DNA from: Azolla caroliniana
Taxonomy: Eukaryota > Plantae > Polypodiophyta
Reading direction: 5' to 3'
DNA: 64,000 nucleotides
Assembly: GCA_043228905.1 (NCBI GenBank)
Contig: JBHGNT010000005.1
Location: 8,556,001-8,620,000 of the forward strand
Shown here: positions 25,068 to 38,598 of the stretch, in pieces
Position numbering within the stretch: position 1 is the first letter of the stretch
How the letters are laid out: each line of letters starts with the position of its first letter
Notes under the pieces: generated by a model
What the model was told of the DNA's origin: nothing
Seen by the model: the letters and a program-made list of their open reading frames with translations, nothing else
The model's database searches: none
Made by a program: the position numbers and the translations under genes

Positions 25068-28000
25068 TGTGAAAGATTGCTTGCGGAAGCGTTAGAAAGA
25101 ACAATACACAGAGAGAGAGAGACTACGCGGGAGAGAGAGAGAGAGAGAGAGGACACACTTTTTTTCAAAATTATATGAATACTCTGCACTCTGTATCTAT
25201 AACACGCTCATCATCGTTATTTATACAAGTCCACACGGGACTGTTAGAAGTATGGTGTACTTCAATGCTCACACGAGGGTCTGACACTAACTACGAGACT
25301 ATAACTGCCTACTAGTCTAACCTATACTAGGCTTCTGGTTACGGATTGGATCCGGCATACCGGCTCCCCAGCTCACCGGTCCTTACTGCTTATCGGCTCG
25401 GTTGTTCACCGGCATACCGATTCATCTCGCTTACTGGCTCAGGCTTATTCAGCCGATCCGGCTCCGATTGAGCTTGCCGCTCAACACTCCCCCTCAAGCT
25501 CAACTTGAGGTAGGGTCGTAGTGCTAACCTCTGTGGCAGCTGGTTCTTCCAACCGACTTCTCCTGGCGTCGCTTCGCCTTGCTCGTGCTCCTTGTCCGGT
25601 CCGGTCCTGTTTGCCGCGACCCCTTTGGTTCTGCGCACCTCAACCTTCGGCATGTCTGCTCAATAGGCCCATCTCAGCTCCTTCGCTGCTATGACTATGA
25701 CGCTTGCTGATCCGTCGGTTCCTCTGCGATGGCATTGACTTCCGCTGCGTCCGTGTCTCCTTGGCCTCTAGTTGATCCGACTCATCCGGATCCGTCTGTT
25801 GATCCGAATCGGCTATCTCCGACTCGTTCCAGCTCTTGTCCGAATCGGTATCCTCTGATTCGATTTTCGGCTTCAGGCCTCTCACCACATCGAACCACGT
25901 CCAGGTCTTGGCCTTCTCCGTGCTTTCCTTGGCTTCTTCAGCCGGTTCACCGAAGTCAAATTCTTCATTTGACTCCGCATCATGGCCATTACGATCGTGA
26001 TGACCTCCGCATAGCATGCCCTTCTCTTCTTGAGTATACACTTCTTCTTTACAACCGCTCACTCCGACCTGTTCTTGTGGCGACTTCCTTCGTCGACTCG
26101 ACTTCATTTTTCTTCTTGTCTCCACCTCTACTTGTTCTTCTCTTACCTACGGGTTCAATAGTTTTTTTGCCTTTGCCCGTTTCGGTAGTGTCTTTGCCCT
26201 TGCGTCTCCCCCTCAAGTGCGGCACATCGAGATGCTGAACACCAAGCATTTCGGTAAAGTGCTGCAACTTGTCCGACCCGAGCGGCTTGGTGAAGATGTC
26301 GGCAACATGCCGATCCGTGTGAACATACCGTAGTTCAACTTCACCGCTCAAGATCCGCTCACGCACGAAGTGATAATGGACTTCTATGTGCTTTGTGCGA
26401 GCATGGAACATAGGGTTCTTGGTGAGCTGCATGCTGCTGAGGTTATCGCAGTAGATCAGGATCGGGGTTGGTACCTCGATCCGCAGGTCTTGCAGCAGTC
26501 GCCGAAGCCAAATGGCTTCGCAGGTGGCAACGGTTGTGCCCCGGTATTCAGCCTCAGTGCTGGATAGAGCCACGCAACAACCGTGCTCCCAAGAGAAAAC
26601 ATAAAACCGGAAGTTGAGCGATGATCCGATGCATCGCCAGCCCAGTCGGCATCCGTGTAGCCGACAAGCTCTTCGGTTATACCTTGCTGGTATAAGAGCC
26701 CTCGGTCCTTAGTGCCGCTTACATACCTCAATATTCGTTGCGCGCACTGGAGGTGCTCCACGGTCGGCTTCTGCATGAATTGGCTTACCACTCCGACCGG
26801 ATAGCTAATGTCGGGTCGGGTGATGGTCAAGTAGATCAGGCTTCCGACTATTTGTCGGAACCGTTTCTCATTGCAGGCCGGTCCGGAGTTGGGACGGATC
26901 TTCTGGTTCCGGTCCAGGGGTGTGGAGACAGGTCGGCATTCCGTCATGCCAAACTTGTACAACATATTCAACACATAATGGAGTTGAGAAAACAATATGC
27001 CGTCGGGGGTGCGGATCACCTCGATCCCCAAGAAATAATGAAGGTCCCCCAAGTCCTTCATATCAAATGCGTTCGACAACTGGGACTTGACGCGGTTGAT
27101 TTCCGGAAGACCTGGGCCGGTGATGACTAAATCATCAACATAGAGTAAGATACATACTGGACCGTTTGAGCCTTGACGGATGAACAAGGAAGAGTCCGAC
27201 TTAGAGGCAACAAACCCCATCTTTCGCAACCGGTGCGTGATCTTAGCATTCCAAGCACGGGGGGCTTGCTTCAAGCCGTACAATGACTTCCTCAGCCAGC
27301 ATATTGCCGACTTGTTCACCTCCGACTGAAATCCGGGGGGCTGAATCATAAAGACTTCTTCTTCAAGATCTCCTTGAAGGAAGGAATTCTTCACATCCAT
27401 CTGATGAAGATGCCACCCCCTTGCCGCAACAACCGCCAATACCACACGAACCGTCGTCATCTTCGCTACAGGAGCGAAGGTCTCGTCGTAGTCGATTCCG
27501 TGGGTCTGCGCATATCCCTTCACCACTAACTGGGCCTTGTACTGGTTAACTGTACCGTCGGCATTGTACTTTACCTTATACACCCACTTGCATCCGATCG
27601 GTTTATAGTGACGGGGAGGGTCAACCAGGTCCCAAGTTCCGTTGGCATCCAGTGCCCGCATTTCTTCCTCCATAGCAGCATGCCAATTTGCGTCCTTTGC
27701 CGCTTCTGCGTAGCTCTCCAGCTCACGCACTTCCGCCACCTTGGTCATGTACGCATAATGATGCGCCATGTACTCGTTATACCCGTACCGTTTAACAGGA
27801 TCCTTCTGGCGGGTGGACCAACATAACTCACCGTTACCCGGTATGAGACCCTTCTTGGCCGGTTCGGTCTTCGTTCCCGAAGATCTGCCTATGTCCTTGC
27901 CGAAGTCAGATACCCACCGATCCGACTCATCATTGCCGGTCTCAAATTCCGGCATCTTCTGCTTCCCCTTCTCTTTGCGTGTGAACCGTCTCCTCGGTTC

Positions 28001-30611
28001 TTTGCGTGGGGAGAGCACGACAGAGTCTCCACTACTCGCCGTCTCATCATCCGACTGGTTGGACTGAGCTAGTCTCTCATTCGGTCCGCTTAACCGGAAC
28101 GATTCCGGACTCTCATCTTGAGTCCCGACTTCATCTTTCTCTACCTGGGCCGGTTCGGGCTCACTAGCCCCATCCTCCGACATCGGGTCGGGATCAGAAG
28201 TAGGAGTCGATAAGGAATACCACGATGCTGATTCATCAAACTCGACATCTCAGCTGACTCGGACCTGCTTCGTACGGGGGTTATAACACTTATACCCCTT
28301 TTGCTCTTGAGCATAGCTGACTAGGATGCATTTTTCTGATTTTGCATCCAGCTTTCTCCGCTTCTCATCCGGCACATGTACATAGGCTATGCTGCCGAAT
28401 ATCCAAAGGTGTCTCAAATTCGGCTTGCGCCCGAAATACAGCTCGTGAGCTGACACCCTGTCCCCGATCCGGTTCTGGATGTAAACGGCCGTTCGGACCG
28501 CCTCCGCCCAGTAGAACTTGGGCATGCTCTTTTCCTCCAGCATTGCCCTGGCCGCGTCAATCAACTCTCGATTCTTCCTTTCGGCCACACCGTTCTGTTG
28601 CGGTGTGTACCTGCAGCTGAATTCTCGCCAAATTCCTTTTTGTTGCACATAGCTGTTGAATTGGCCAGAAAAGTAATCTTTTCCGCCATCCAACCATAGG
28701 CATTTGATCTTCCTCTTCGATTCCCGTTCCACCATCTTCTGGAGGCTCCAGAAACACTCAAAGACTTCGCTCTTCCGCTCAATGAGGTAGATCCACGTAT
28801 GCCGTGTGTAGTCGTCGATGAAGGAGACGAAATATCGACTCCTGCCAATGCTAACATTTTGTGCCGGTCCCCACACATCCGAATGGATAAGATCGAGCTT
28901 GTTGCGGCTTCGATTTCTTTGGGTGGGGAATGGAAGCCGGTGTTGCTTCCCAAGTTGGCAGGCTTCACAAATTTGGGCTCTCTGGCCGCTAAACTTCGGC
29001 AAACCGAGAACAACTTGTTCCGTTTGCAGGTCTTGAAGCCTCCGGTAGTTGATGTGGCCGATCCGCTTGTGCCACAGGTCGATATCCGACTCGACATTCT
29101 GTCCTTTGGCGAACAGTGCGGTGTCGACGTCATTGGTGTTGAGGATAAACATCCTCCCATCTCTGTGCCCTTGCGCAATAACTTCGCCCTCATCCTCAAT
29201 GAAGCACCCGAGGTGCGTAAACCGCACTTGCATCCCCTGGTCGACGATATGTCGGACCGACACCAGGTTCTTTGTGATCGTCGGAACATGTAATACATTC
29301 ATCAGCTTCCCCCTCTGTCCGACATGGCTCAAAGGGACTTCTCCGACGTGCACGATCAGGTGGGGAGTGTCGTCTCCGATTTCGACAACTCCCGGTTGAT
29401 CCGACTTCTCCAAAAAAGAGAACCACTCTTCGTGGCTCGTCATGTGGTTCGATGCGCCGGAGTCAACGTAGCACACTTCCTCCGATTTGGAAGTGGTCTT
29501 CTTCATTGAGTTTGCCTTGTGCTTCATCACCAAGGCTGGCCCCTTACCGTTCTCGGATCCTCCCGATCCGTTTGCCTAGTGCGAGCTTTGCCGACCTTCC
29601 TTACCAGTCTTGCCGGATCCGGATTTGTCCGAATCGGCACGCTTTCTCCAGCACTCGCTTTCCCTGTGGCCCTTTTTGCCACAGTACCAGCATTCCGTAG
29701 CGGATTTGTCTTGCCAGACTCCGGCACCACCTTGACTCCCCTTGTTTGTGGAAATCCCGGAACTGTTGTCGGCACACTCACTGTGCCTTCGTTCCTGCTC
29801 TTGCCGGCCGCCTCCATTGCATGCCGACCTGCCCCGTCCACCACGCCCGCGGGACCGATCCGCTCCCATGTACAGCATCCGGTTGTCTGGGGATGCACTG
29901 GTAGATGCACCGGTGTGGTTCTCCTCTCCAAGGAGCATCGACTGTAAGTCGAAAAAAGAGGGTGTATTCTCCCTTGTACAAACCGCAGTCCGGAAAGCTC
30001 CAAACTTGGACGTCAGGCCTCCAAGACAGACCTGCACCATCTCGTCTTCCTCTACGGTGATGTTAATAAAGGCAAGCGAGTCACAGATCCCTTTGATCCG
30101 GGCTGTGTAATCTGCCACCGACATGTTCTTCTGTCGAACATTGCTCAACTCCTGTCTGAGTTGCAGCTTTCGGGCAGTGGTGCTTTCGGCGACGACCTTT
30201 TTCAAGTTTCCCCAAGCATCCTTCGATGTCTTGGCGTCACGGATATGGCTGAGCAGTTGGTCACCGACACTGGACGCGAGGCAGTACATCACCCTGCTTG
30301 CCGCCTGTTCCCACACTGGGAAGTCCTTGTGTGTCGTCTCCGGTGCTGAGTCGTTCACTCCGTCAACATAACTCCAGTAGCCATGCCCAAGTAGGTACTG
30401 GGGCATCTTGTATGACCAAGATGCGTAGTTGGTTCTGTAGAGCTTCTCCACAGGGAGTGATGTAGCTATACCTTTGTCCATTTCTCCTATTGTGTCTATT
30501 TTCCGATCTGTTAGGGTTTCCTTCACAAGCGTAGATGTCTGCAGCAAAGGTTCTCAACCCACGCGCTCTGATACCATGTGAAAGATTGCTTGCGGAAGCG
30601 TTAGAAAGAAC

Positions 30612-30653
<42 letters not shown>

Positions 30654-30985
30654 ACACTATTTTTCAAAATTATATGAATACTCTACACTCTGTATCTACA
30701 ATGCGCTCATCATCGCTATTTATACAAGTCCACATGGGACTGTTAGAAGTACGGTGTACTTCAATGCTCACACGAGCGTCTGACACTAACTACGAGACTA
30801 TAACTGCCTAGTAGTCTAACCTATACTAGGCTTCCGGTTACGGATTGGATCCGGCATACCGGCTCCCCAGCTCACCGGTCCTTACTGCTTACCGGCTCGG
30901 TTGCTCATAGGCATACCGATTCATCTCGCTTACCGGCTCAGGCTTATTCAGCCGATCTGGCTCCGGTTAAGCTTGCCGCTCAACA
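25068..30985 (-). mobile_element. Full-length Ty1/copia element B (same family as A and F)
   Basis: LTRs 30577-30985 (5') and 25068-25486 (3'), roughly 4-5% diverged by eye. PBS at 30565-30576, PPT at 25487-25495, perfect 5-bp TSD TGTCG (25063-25067 and 30986-30990). Confidence 0.96.
26049..30547 (-). pseudogene. Copia B gag-pol, frameshifted (gag 29576-30547, PR/IN 28250-29533, RT 26456-28183, RNase H 26049-26573)
   Basis: CWYCGKKGHRESEC, VDSGASNHM, IHSDVWGP, QQNGVAERKNR, HQMDVKN, LLYVDD, TKHIEVHYHF. Confidence 0.93.
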
Positions 30986-31318
30986 TGTCGAAACCGGAGA
31001 CGACACTCCTCACCTGATAATGCATGTCAGAGAAGTTCCCCTGAGGCATGTCGGACAACAAGGGAATCTCCTGAACGTGCTTCACCGCCCGACAATCATG
31101 AAGAACCTGGTGTCGGTCAGGCAGATCATCGACCAAGGAATGTAGGTGCCGTTTACGCATCTCGGGTGTTTCATTGAGGAAGAGGCCCAGATCATCGCAC
31201 AAGGGCGCTGGGACGGGAGGATGTTTATCCTCGAAACCAACGACATAGGCACTGCTATGTTTGCAAAAGGACAGAAGATCGAATCGGATATCGACCTGTG
31301 GTACAAGAGGATCGGCCA

Positions 31319-32347
31319 TGAGATGCATGGAACTGGATGTGTCGTGGGAAGATGAACCTTGAATATAAATACACCTAGGGAAAATTTATTGTTTTAGTGA
31401 AAGAGCTTCTATATTGAGTGTAACAGAGTGTACAAAGAGAGACGCAAAAGCGTGAGCGGCGCCATAGTGGGGGGATACCAAACGCCAAGAGAGTGTTGTA
31501 ATCTATTCTCCCTTGTATATCTCTGTTATAGTGATTCTCTGTTGTCCGTGGTTTTCCCCTATTTAGGGTTTCCACGTAAAATATTGTGTACTCTGTGCAT
31601 TTTCTGTTTTTTGTTGTTTTTTGTTTTTCGCGTTGTATACTTTAGTCTATATATCTCATAGATCTACAGTCCAAATCTCCACAAACTAGTATCAGAACAA
31701 AGATGCAACAATGGAAGGAGGTATGAGCGGCTTTCTAGGAATGATGGTCCTAAACTCACACAACTATGTTGACTGGAAGATCAAGATGGAAGATCTTCTA
31801 ATAGTCAAAGATTTGTACAAGCCCATAGATAGAAAGGAAATACCCATCGGGGTGTTAGAGTCTGAATGGAAACTACAAAATAGGAAGGCAGTGGCCATCA
31901 TCAGATAGTGTGTAGATGTTAGTGTCCTTCAGCATGTGGCTAACGACACAAACGCCTACGAAATGTGGCACAAGTTGTCAAGGTTGTACGAGAGGAAGAA
32001 TGCTCTAAACAAAACCTCAATGATGCGAAAGATCGTAAGACTGAAGTACAGAGACGGAGAAAGCATAGTGGTACATATCAACACATTCATGGGGTATGTA
32101 AATCAACTTGCGACAGCCAAGTTTCCCTTTGATGATGTTATGCAGGCCCTACTACTATTGTGTACCATGCCAGACAATTGGGCGAACCTGGCGGTGTCTC
32201 TTAATACCTCATGCTAGGAAGAGAACTTGTCCTTACAAGTGGTAAAGATGAGTATTCTAAACGAGGAGACGAGATGGAAGAACAAGGGTGTCCTGTCCTA
32301 GTCATAGGGGAATGTGACACAACATTCAGGCAAAGGAAGAAACCAGT
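31319..32347 (+). mobile_element. Ty1/copia element C, 5' part (LTR, PBS, gag), interrupted by D
   Basis: LTR about 31319-31683 (left edge approximate), degenerate PBS tagtatcagaac at 31687, gag NYVDWKIKMEDLL...LYERKNALNK with stops. Confidence 0.78.
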
Positions 32348-32662
32348 TGTTAGAATCTCGGTCCCTCCGGATGGGATGATGAAGGCCCGGTGAGAACCAG
32401 ATGATGCAGACTCGGTGGGAACCGGATAATGAGTACCTAGCAAGGAAGACCTGTGAGAACCGGATTGTGCAGCCCCGGTGAGAACCTCTCACCGGATGAA
32501 GAGACATATATGTAAATATGTTCTAGAGAGTCCATTGGGGCTATATTTGTAAATAGCCCGAAAGTCATATTAGTATAAATATGACCTAGGGCAAACTCTT
32601 TGTTAGTTGTTTTCATTATTTTGTTGTATAGAGTTATTGGTGTAAATGTTGTATAGAGCGTA

Positions 32663-32699
<37 letters not shown>

Positions 32700-34557
32700 C
32701 GGAGAGAGAGAGAGAGTGTGTGTGTGTGTGAGTCTCTGTTGTAACCGCCGCCAGGAGAAGATTGTTAGCAACAGGTCGTTGCCTCTACGTTCCCCTGTTG
32801 TATTCTCCTTACATAGTGATAGTTCGGAGTCTGTGGGCTCCCGTGGTTTTTCCCGTTTAGGGTTTTCCACGTTAACATCCTGTGCATTCTCTTTTGTTTG
32901 TGTACTTACTTCCATTTCTCCCTTATTACTGTGTTTGATTATCATTAAGTGATGTAAGTCTCAGTTGTGGCCGAAGATTATTCTGCATATTCTCTACAAT
33001 CTGGTATCAGAGCGAAACGACACAAGAAATGGAAGATTCATTTGGCGGCATGTTCAAGCTCACAAGCTCCAACTACTCAGTGTGGAAGTCGAAGATGAGG
33101 GACATGCTCATAGTCAAGGATCTTTGGTTGCCGGTTCGGTTTGGGGACAACAGACCGGACAAGATCGGCGCCACGGTGTGGGAGGTGATGCACATGAAGA
33201 CAACGGCGTACATCGGGTGCTTCATCGACATGAGCTGGTACAACAACTTCAATGAAGAGAGCAAGGCTCATGAGCTCTAGGAGAATATCGGCATTATGTT
33301 TCAGAACAAAAATGTTGTTAATCGGGTCTTGGTATTTCGGAAGCTAGTGAGGCTCCGGTACCAAGATGGCTCCAGTATGGTGGAGCACATGAATGCCTTC
33401 CAGGGGCTGATACACCAGGCAACCTCGTTGGAAGTACCTCTCGCCGATGAGGTACTAGCACTACTCCTGCTCGGTTCCCTCCCGGATAGCTGGGAGACGT
33501 TAGTTGTTACGTTGGGCAACGCCAGGCTGGAAGGAAAACAACTATCCCTAGCAAGAGTCAAGTCGAGCTTGCTAGATGAGGAGGCGTGTCGGAAAGACAA
33601 GGATACGAGCTCCAACTCCAAAGTGCTCCTTACCGAATCAGAATGCGGAAGACAAAGGAACCGGAGTCCCTAGAACCGGGAAAAGTCGGGGACACGGTCA
33701 AAGTCAAGGGGAAGGCCCACTTGGTTCTACTGTGGGAAGCCGGGGCACTTCCAGAAGAATTGTCAGCATTTCCAGAAAGACAAGGAAACCGACAGTACCG
33801 ATTCGAAGTGGTCACTAGATAGGAACGACAGAGACCGGAGAGGACCGGACCGGAAGGGAAAGACAAAAATCGCGGCAAGTGAAGAGGAGTTGATGCTCAT
33901 GACTGAGGAGAGTGAGTTGAACCTTGCCGGTGACGAGACAACGTGGGTTGTCGATTCCGGAGCGTCGTTCCACCTTACCCTAGACCGGAAATGCTTCTCA
34001 TCCTACACAACTAGTGAGCACAGCTATGTCCGGATGGGGAATGAAGGGACATGCCCAATTATCGGCATAGGAGATGTGTTGTTGACGACATCAACCGGAT
34101 GCAATTTGCTGCTGAAGGATGTACGACACGTTCTGGAGGTTCGACTGAACTTGATATCAGCCAGTCGGCTGGATCATGAAGGCTACACAGGTAGCATCTG
34201 GAACGGTGTCATGAAGTTCTACAAAGGGAGCTTAATAGTGGCTCGAGCTCGGAAAGTCAACACATTGTACTTGATGAATGCCCGGATATGCCGGGAAGAA
34301 GTGAATGTTGCATCCGACACTACCGGTGCATTGTGGCACAAGAGACTGTGTGACATGAGCGAGAAGGGGATGTAGAGGCTTGCCAATGACAACCTGTTGA
34401 GAAGTGCACCGACTGCCTGGCCAATAAGCAAAACCGGACCTCTTCCGATCAAGGCCACCGATGAGATGTAATGCACCACTAGAGCTAGTGCATACCGATG
34501 TGTGTCAAATGGACACGAAGTCACATGCCGGATCGCAATACTTCGTGACGTTCATAG
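32348..34557 (+). mobile_element. Ty1/copia element D, 5' part (same family as G), interrupted by E inside integrase
   Basis: LTR 32348-32998 (tgttag...ctaca), PBS tggtatcagagc at 33002, gag MEDSFGGMFKL, protease WVVDSGASFH, LWHKRL. Breaks at YFVTFI. Confidence 0.9.
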
Positions 34558-35054
34558 TGTTGTCCATAGGCCAGAAAAATAAATATATTATGTAAACTCG
34601 TCGTTAAGTAGGAGTAGGTGAGGAAGGTAGAGTTTAGGAAAACGCCGAGTTTCGAGCCTCACAATAAGCCGACGACTCGGCTATGTATGAAGAAAAAGTA
34701 TATAAACCGAGGTCTGCATACCTCGGCAGGGGGGATACCTAGATCATTTTGAGCGAAAGTAATATCATAGGAGCAAGCTCTATACGTATGGTTTCCGACT
34801 GAGGCCGAGTATTATAATCACTGTAAGCTTTATCATGGAATATAAGTTTCGTCTTTTCTAAACTTCTATCTGTGTATTCTCCCTGTTTTCGTAAATTAGG
34901 CTGCATCATACTTAACGGGTTGTAGCCCATGTACGATCCTTGTTCTCCTCTCTTTTTCCCCGTGTAGAAGAAGCTTCCACGTAACATGATCCCTTGACAC
35001 TGATAGCCTGTGGGCTCATCGAAGGTGTTTTCCAAAGGAACGGATAACACAATT

Positions 35055-35067
35055 TGGCACGCCCGGT
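35055..35067 (+). other. Primer binding site of E, tRNA-Arg type
   Basis: TGGCACGCCCGGT, 5 nt after the LTR; complementary to the 3' end I recall for plant tRNA-Arg(UCU) (...ACCGGGCGUGCCA). Confidence 0.75.
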
Positions 35068-35407
35068 TACAGCTGTAAGGTCACAGCAAACTACGTTGGA
35101 AGCAAACTCCAGCCGCCATTACGGTGCCTCATCGCATCACGCGGTCTCGGCCACCTGCCCGATGCCCTGAGCCAGTCGAAGGAACTTCCGACTCAGCGGT
35201 CACTGACCAATCATTTCAAGAACTATCGGAGGCTCACTTGTTGCAATCCTCGCCACCCGATACCCAGTCGCGGGTTGATTCCGCACCAACCTCTCCGCCG
35301 ATCCCTCCAGAGCTCACCCAACCTGACCCTAACCCTTTTACGGCCTTACCCAAGGACTCGAATCTCGATACCATGCCTTACCCTTACCCACGGTATACCG
35401 ACGGCCC

Positions 35408-35647
35408 CGACGTGGAAGCACACACCCGGGCGTTCGTGTCCACATGGCAGACCAACCACTCGACGCAGCGATTATCGGCTGCCGAAATCGAGGCCTCCAA
35501 ACTCGCAGAATTTGCTTTATCCCTCGACGACGCGGAAGCACACACCCGGGCGTTCGTGTCCACATGGCAGACCAACCACTCGACGCAGCGATTATCGGCT
35601 GCCGAAATCGAGGCCTCCAAACTCGCAGAATTTGCTTTATCCCTCGA
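35408..35647 (+). repeat. In-frame 2 x 120-bp tandem duplication in gag of E
   Basis: EAHTRAFVSTWQTNHSTQRLSAAEIEASKLAEFALSLD occurs twice; the DNA copies are nearly identical. Confidence 0.95.
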
Positions 35648-38598
35648 TGGCCCGGCTGCTCGATGGTACTCCCGCCTCGACATGGGGGAAGTCACAATGT
35701 TCCAAGACGTCAGGACAAAGTTCCTCCAATTATTTCACCACCAAGTTCCAAAGCGGGAACTACTCCGACAATTCTTTTCCATGAACCAAGAACCTCACGA
35801 GACGGTTGCCCAGTTCACGATCCGGTTTCAGGATCTCTACCAACAATTGGCCGACGACGTCCCCGCTCATCACATTCCGGATACCTTCTTGTCCAGCTTA
35901 AGGCAGCCTCTACAGATGACTCTCGCCCTTACAGATTTCTCCAACCAAACTATTGAGCAAGTCATCGCATGCGTCCTTGTAATCAATCAAACACAGCATA
36001 CCACGGCTTTCTCCATGGACTCTTTGCAAAGTTCCCTTCCGCAAGAGGACAATCATTTCCAACAAGCTCTTCAATGCACAACATGATCAGGCTCAGGCCA
36101 TCTGGCTCTTGAGTGCCCTCATCGGCCACACTGCCCAATATGTCAGTCCCGAGCTCACACGATCGAACACTATCAGTACAACATGCTCAACTGCACAATC
36201 ACGGCTCCAGCTCGCCAGATCGAGCTGCGCAATATGTACTCCCGGTAGGATGAACGTCAGTCATACCGACATCGGGCAAACGAGCGACCACGATCCCCGA
36301 ATCGTCAACGCCGCGACGACGACTACCGTTGCTACGACAACCGGTACCGCCACGACCATCGCAGGAGGTCAGACGACCGTGACCAATACCACGACAACCA
36401 ATATAGAGCGAACGATGAGTACGATCGGTACGGTGATGACAAGGTGGACCGGTACGATCAGCAGTATTCACAAAACGACCGACGGAGCTCTTATAGAGGT
36501 CCGCGGAACAATCGTCGTCGGGACCCCCCTCCAAACACCCCGCACACTGCGCCACGGGCCAACACGCCTACCCAAGCGGCCGAGAATCCATCACAACCCT
36601 TCCCACACACTGAGCACGGTGACACAAGCAACTCGGCATCCGTTATTTGCTTTAAGTGTAACCAACCCGGCCACTACGCTACCTAATGCCCAACCACGGA
36701 CCGCGGCAAGGCCCCGGCTATGAATACAATTATGGCCGACGTCCAACATGTCACTACACGTAGCAAGACTCACGCCAGCCAATGGCAAGAACAAGATGAA
36801 GTCCGACAAGCGGCCAAGGAATGGATTGAGACTGCCAACAAAAGCAACGTGGCACGGATGCACACAGAGATGCAGGACGTGACCATCGACGCACCACCGG
36901 CCGCAGGACCATCCACCACGGCAGAGGATGACCATCTATGGGAAGCCCTTACAACTGCTAAGATCTCGCTACCATTACATAAGTTGTTACCACTCATGCC
37001 GAGCTTTCAGGATACCTTGGCTAAGCTCACGACTAACGACAAATCGGTCGTACCCCCGGTTAACCTGACGGAGCCAGGGACATGCCCACCCCTCATGGAT
37101 TCCCAGAATCCAGGCGTGAAAATCATGCTTAAAGGACATGACCTTCATGGGTGCATAATCGACGGCGGCTCCGGTGTGAACTTCATCAGCGAGGCCACAT
37201 GTCACACCTTCGGCATAAACCAATGGAAGCCTTGCCCCTTTTGGCTTTGGATGGCCGATACACGATCGGTTCACCCCATCGGATTAATCCACCACCTCGA
37301 CTTTACTTTGGGAGGCCACATGTTCACTATCTCGGCCGTTGTATTACGACTTGAAGCATAGGGCGCCTACCCAATGTTACTTGGCAGACCATGGTTGCGC
37401 ACAACAAATATCAAACAACATTGGCAGCACAACATGATCTCGCTTCGCCAAGGAAAGACCAAGGTCTGGATCATAACCGAAGAACGCGTAACCACGCCCC
37501 ACAACACCTCGCTGTTACATGCGGAAGGGGTGCACATGCTCGACGGGTTAGCCGATGACGAGGTGGATGACTTCCTAGAAGACCATCCCACTATCATACC
37601 CCTCTTCGAAATCGACCCGATATTGGCCGTCGACACACCTCTAGATGAGGAGGTCACGGAGAATACACCTCCCTAGGACAAGCCAGATCCCACCACCATC
37701 GCAAAATTACGACACGCTCGGGACGCTTTTGAATGGGAACTCGCCATCTCCCAACGCGTGAAGGCATCAACGCTCGAAACACTGAACCTCGGTTCAAACG
37801 AGAACCCTCGCACCCTGCAGATTGCTAATAACTTACCAGCCGGCGAACGAGCAACCCTCATACACTTACTCACCGATTACCAGGATGTATTCGCATGGTC
37901 TTACAAGGATATGAAGGGTTTGGTCCATCTTCTTCCTGACACTCAGCTGGTTCAGCAAAGATGCTACCGAATGAACCCCAATTATGCGGCTAAGATCAAG
38001 GAAGAAATAGACAAGCTCCTCCGAGTCGGGTGCATACGACCTGTAAAACACGCCACATGGTTAAGCCCAATCGTAGTCGTCCCCAAGAAAAACGGGAAAA
38101 TCTGAGTCTTCGTCGACTACCGCAAGCTCAATGTTGCAACGGTCACGGATGGATTCCCTCTCCCATTCACGGATAGCGTTCTCGACACGGTGGCAGGTCA
38201 CGCATGCTGTACAACTTTCTAGACGGGTTCAGTGGTTACAACCAAATCAGAATGCACCCGGATGATCAGGAGAAAACAACATTTGTCACAGAATGGGGTG
38301 TTTTCGTGGCAAAAGTAATGATGTTCAGTTTGAAAACGGTGCCGACCACATTCCAGCGCATCATCACTGAAATTTTTAACGAATATATCCCGACGTTCAT
38401 GCAAGTCTTTCTCGACGACTTTGCCGTGTATGGCCAGCGACTAGAACACATGACCCAATTACGTCTCTGCCTTGATCGATGTTGCCAGGCTCGGTTAAGT
38501 TTAAACCCGGCAAAATGCACGTTCTTGTTCACAAGCGGCAACCTACTCGGGCACATCGTCAGTCAAGAAGGTATCGCCATGGACCCGAATAAAGTACG

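Larger units (their letters stand above)
23487..31318 (+). mobile_element. Ty1/copia element A (decayed; interrupted by B at 25068 and by C at about 31319; remainder not in window)
   Basis: 5' LTR 23487-23877 (tgttgag...ttttaca), PBS tggtatcagag 23878 (tRNA-iMet type), gag with stops (WSYKMHQYLLGHG, CWHCGRKGHRESEC). Coding resumes after 30990 up to LWYKRIGH. Confidence 0.88.
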
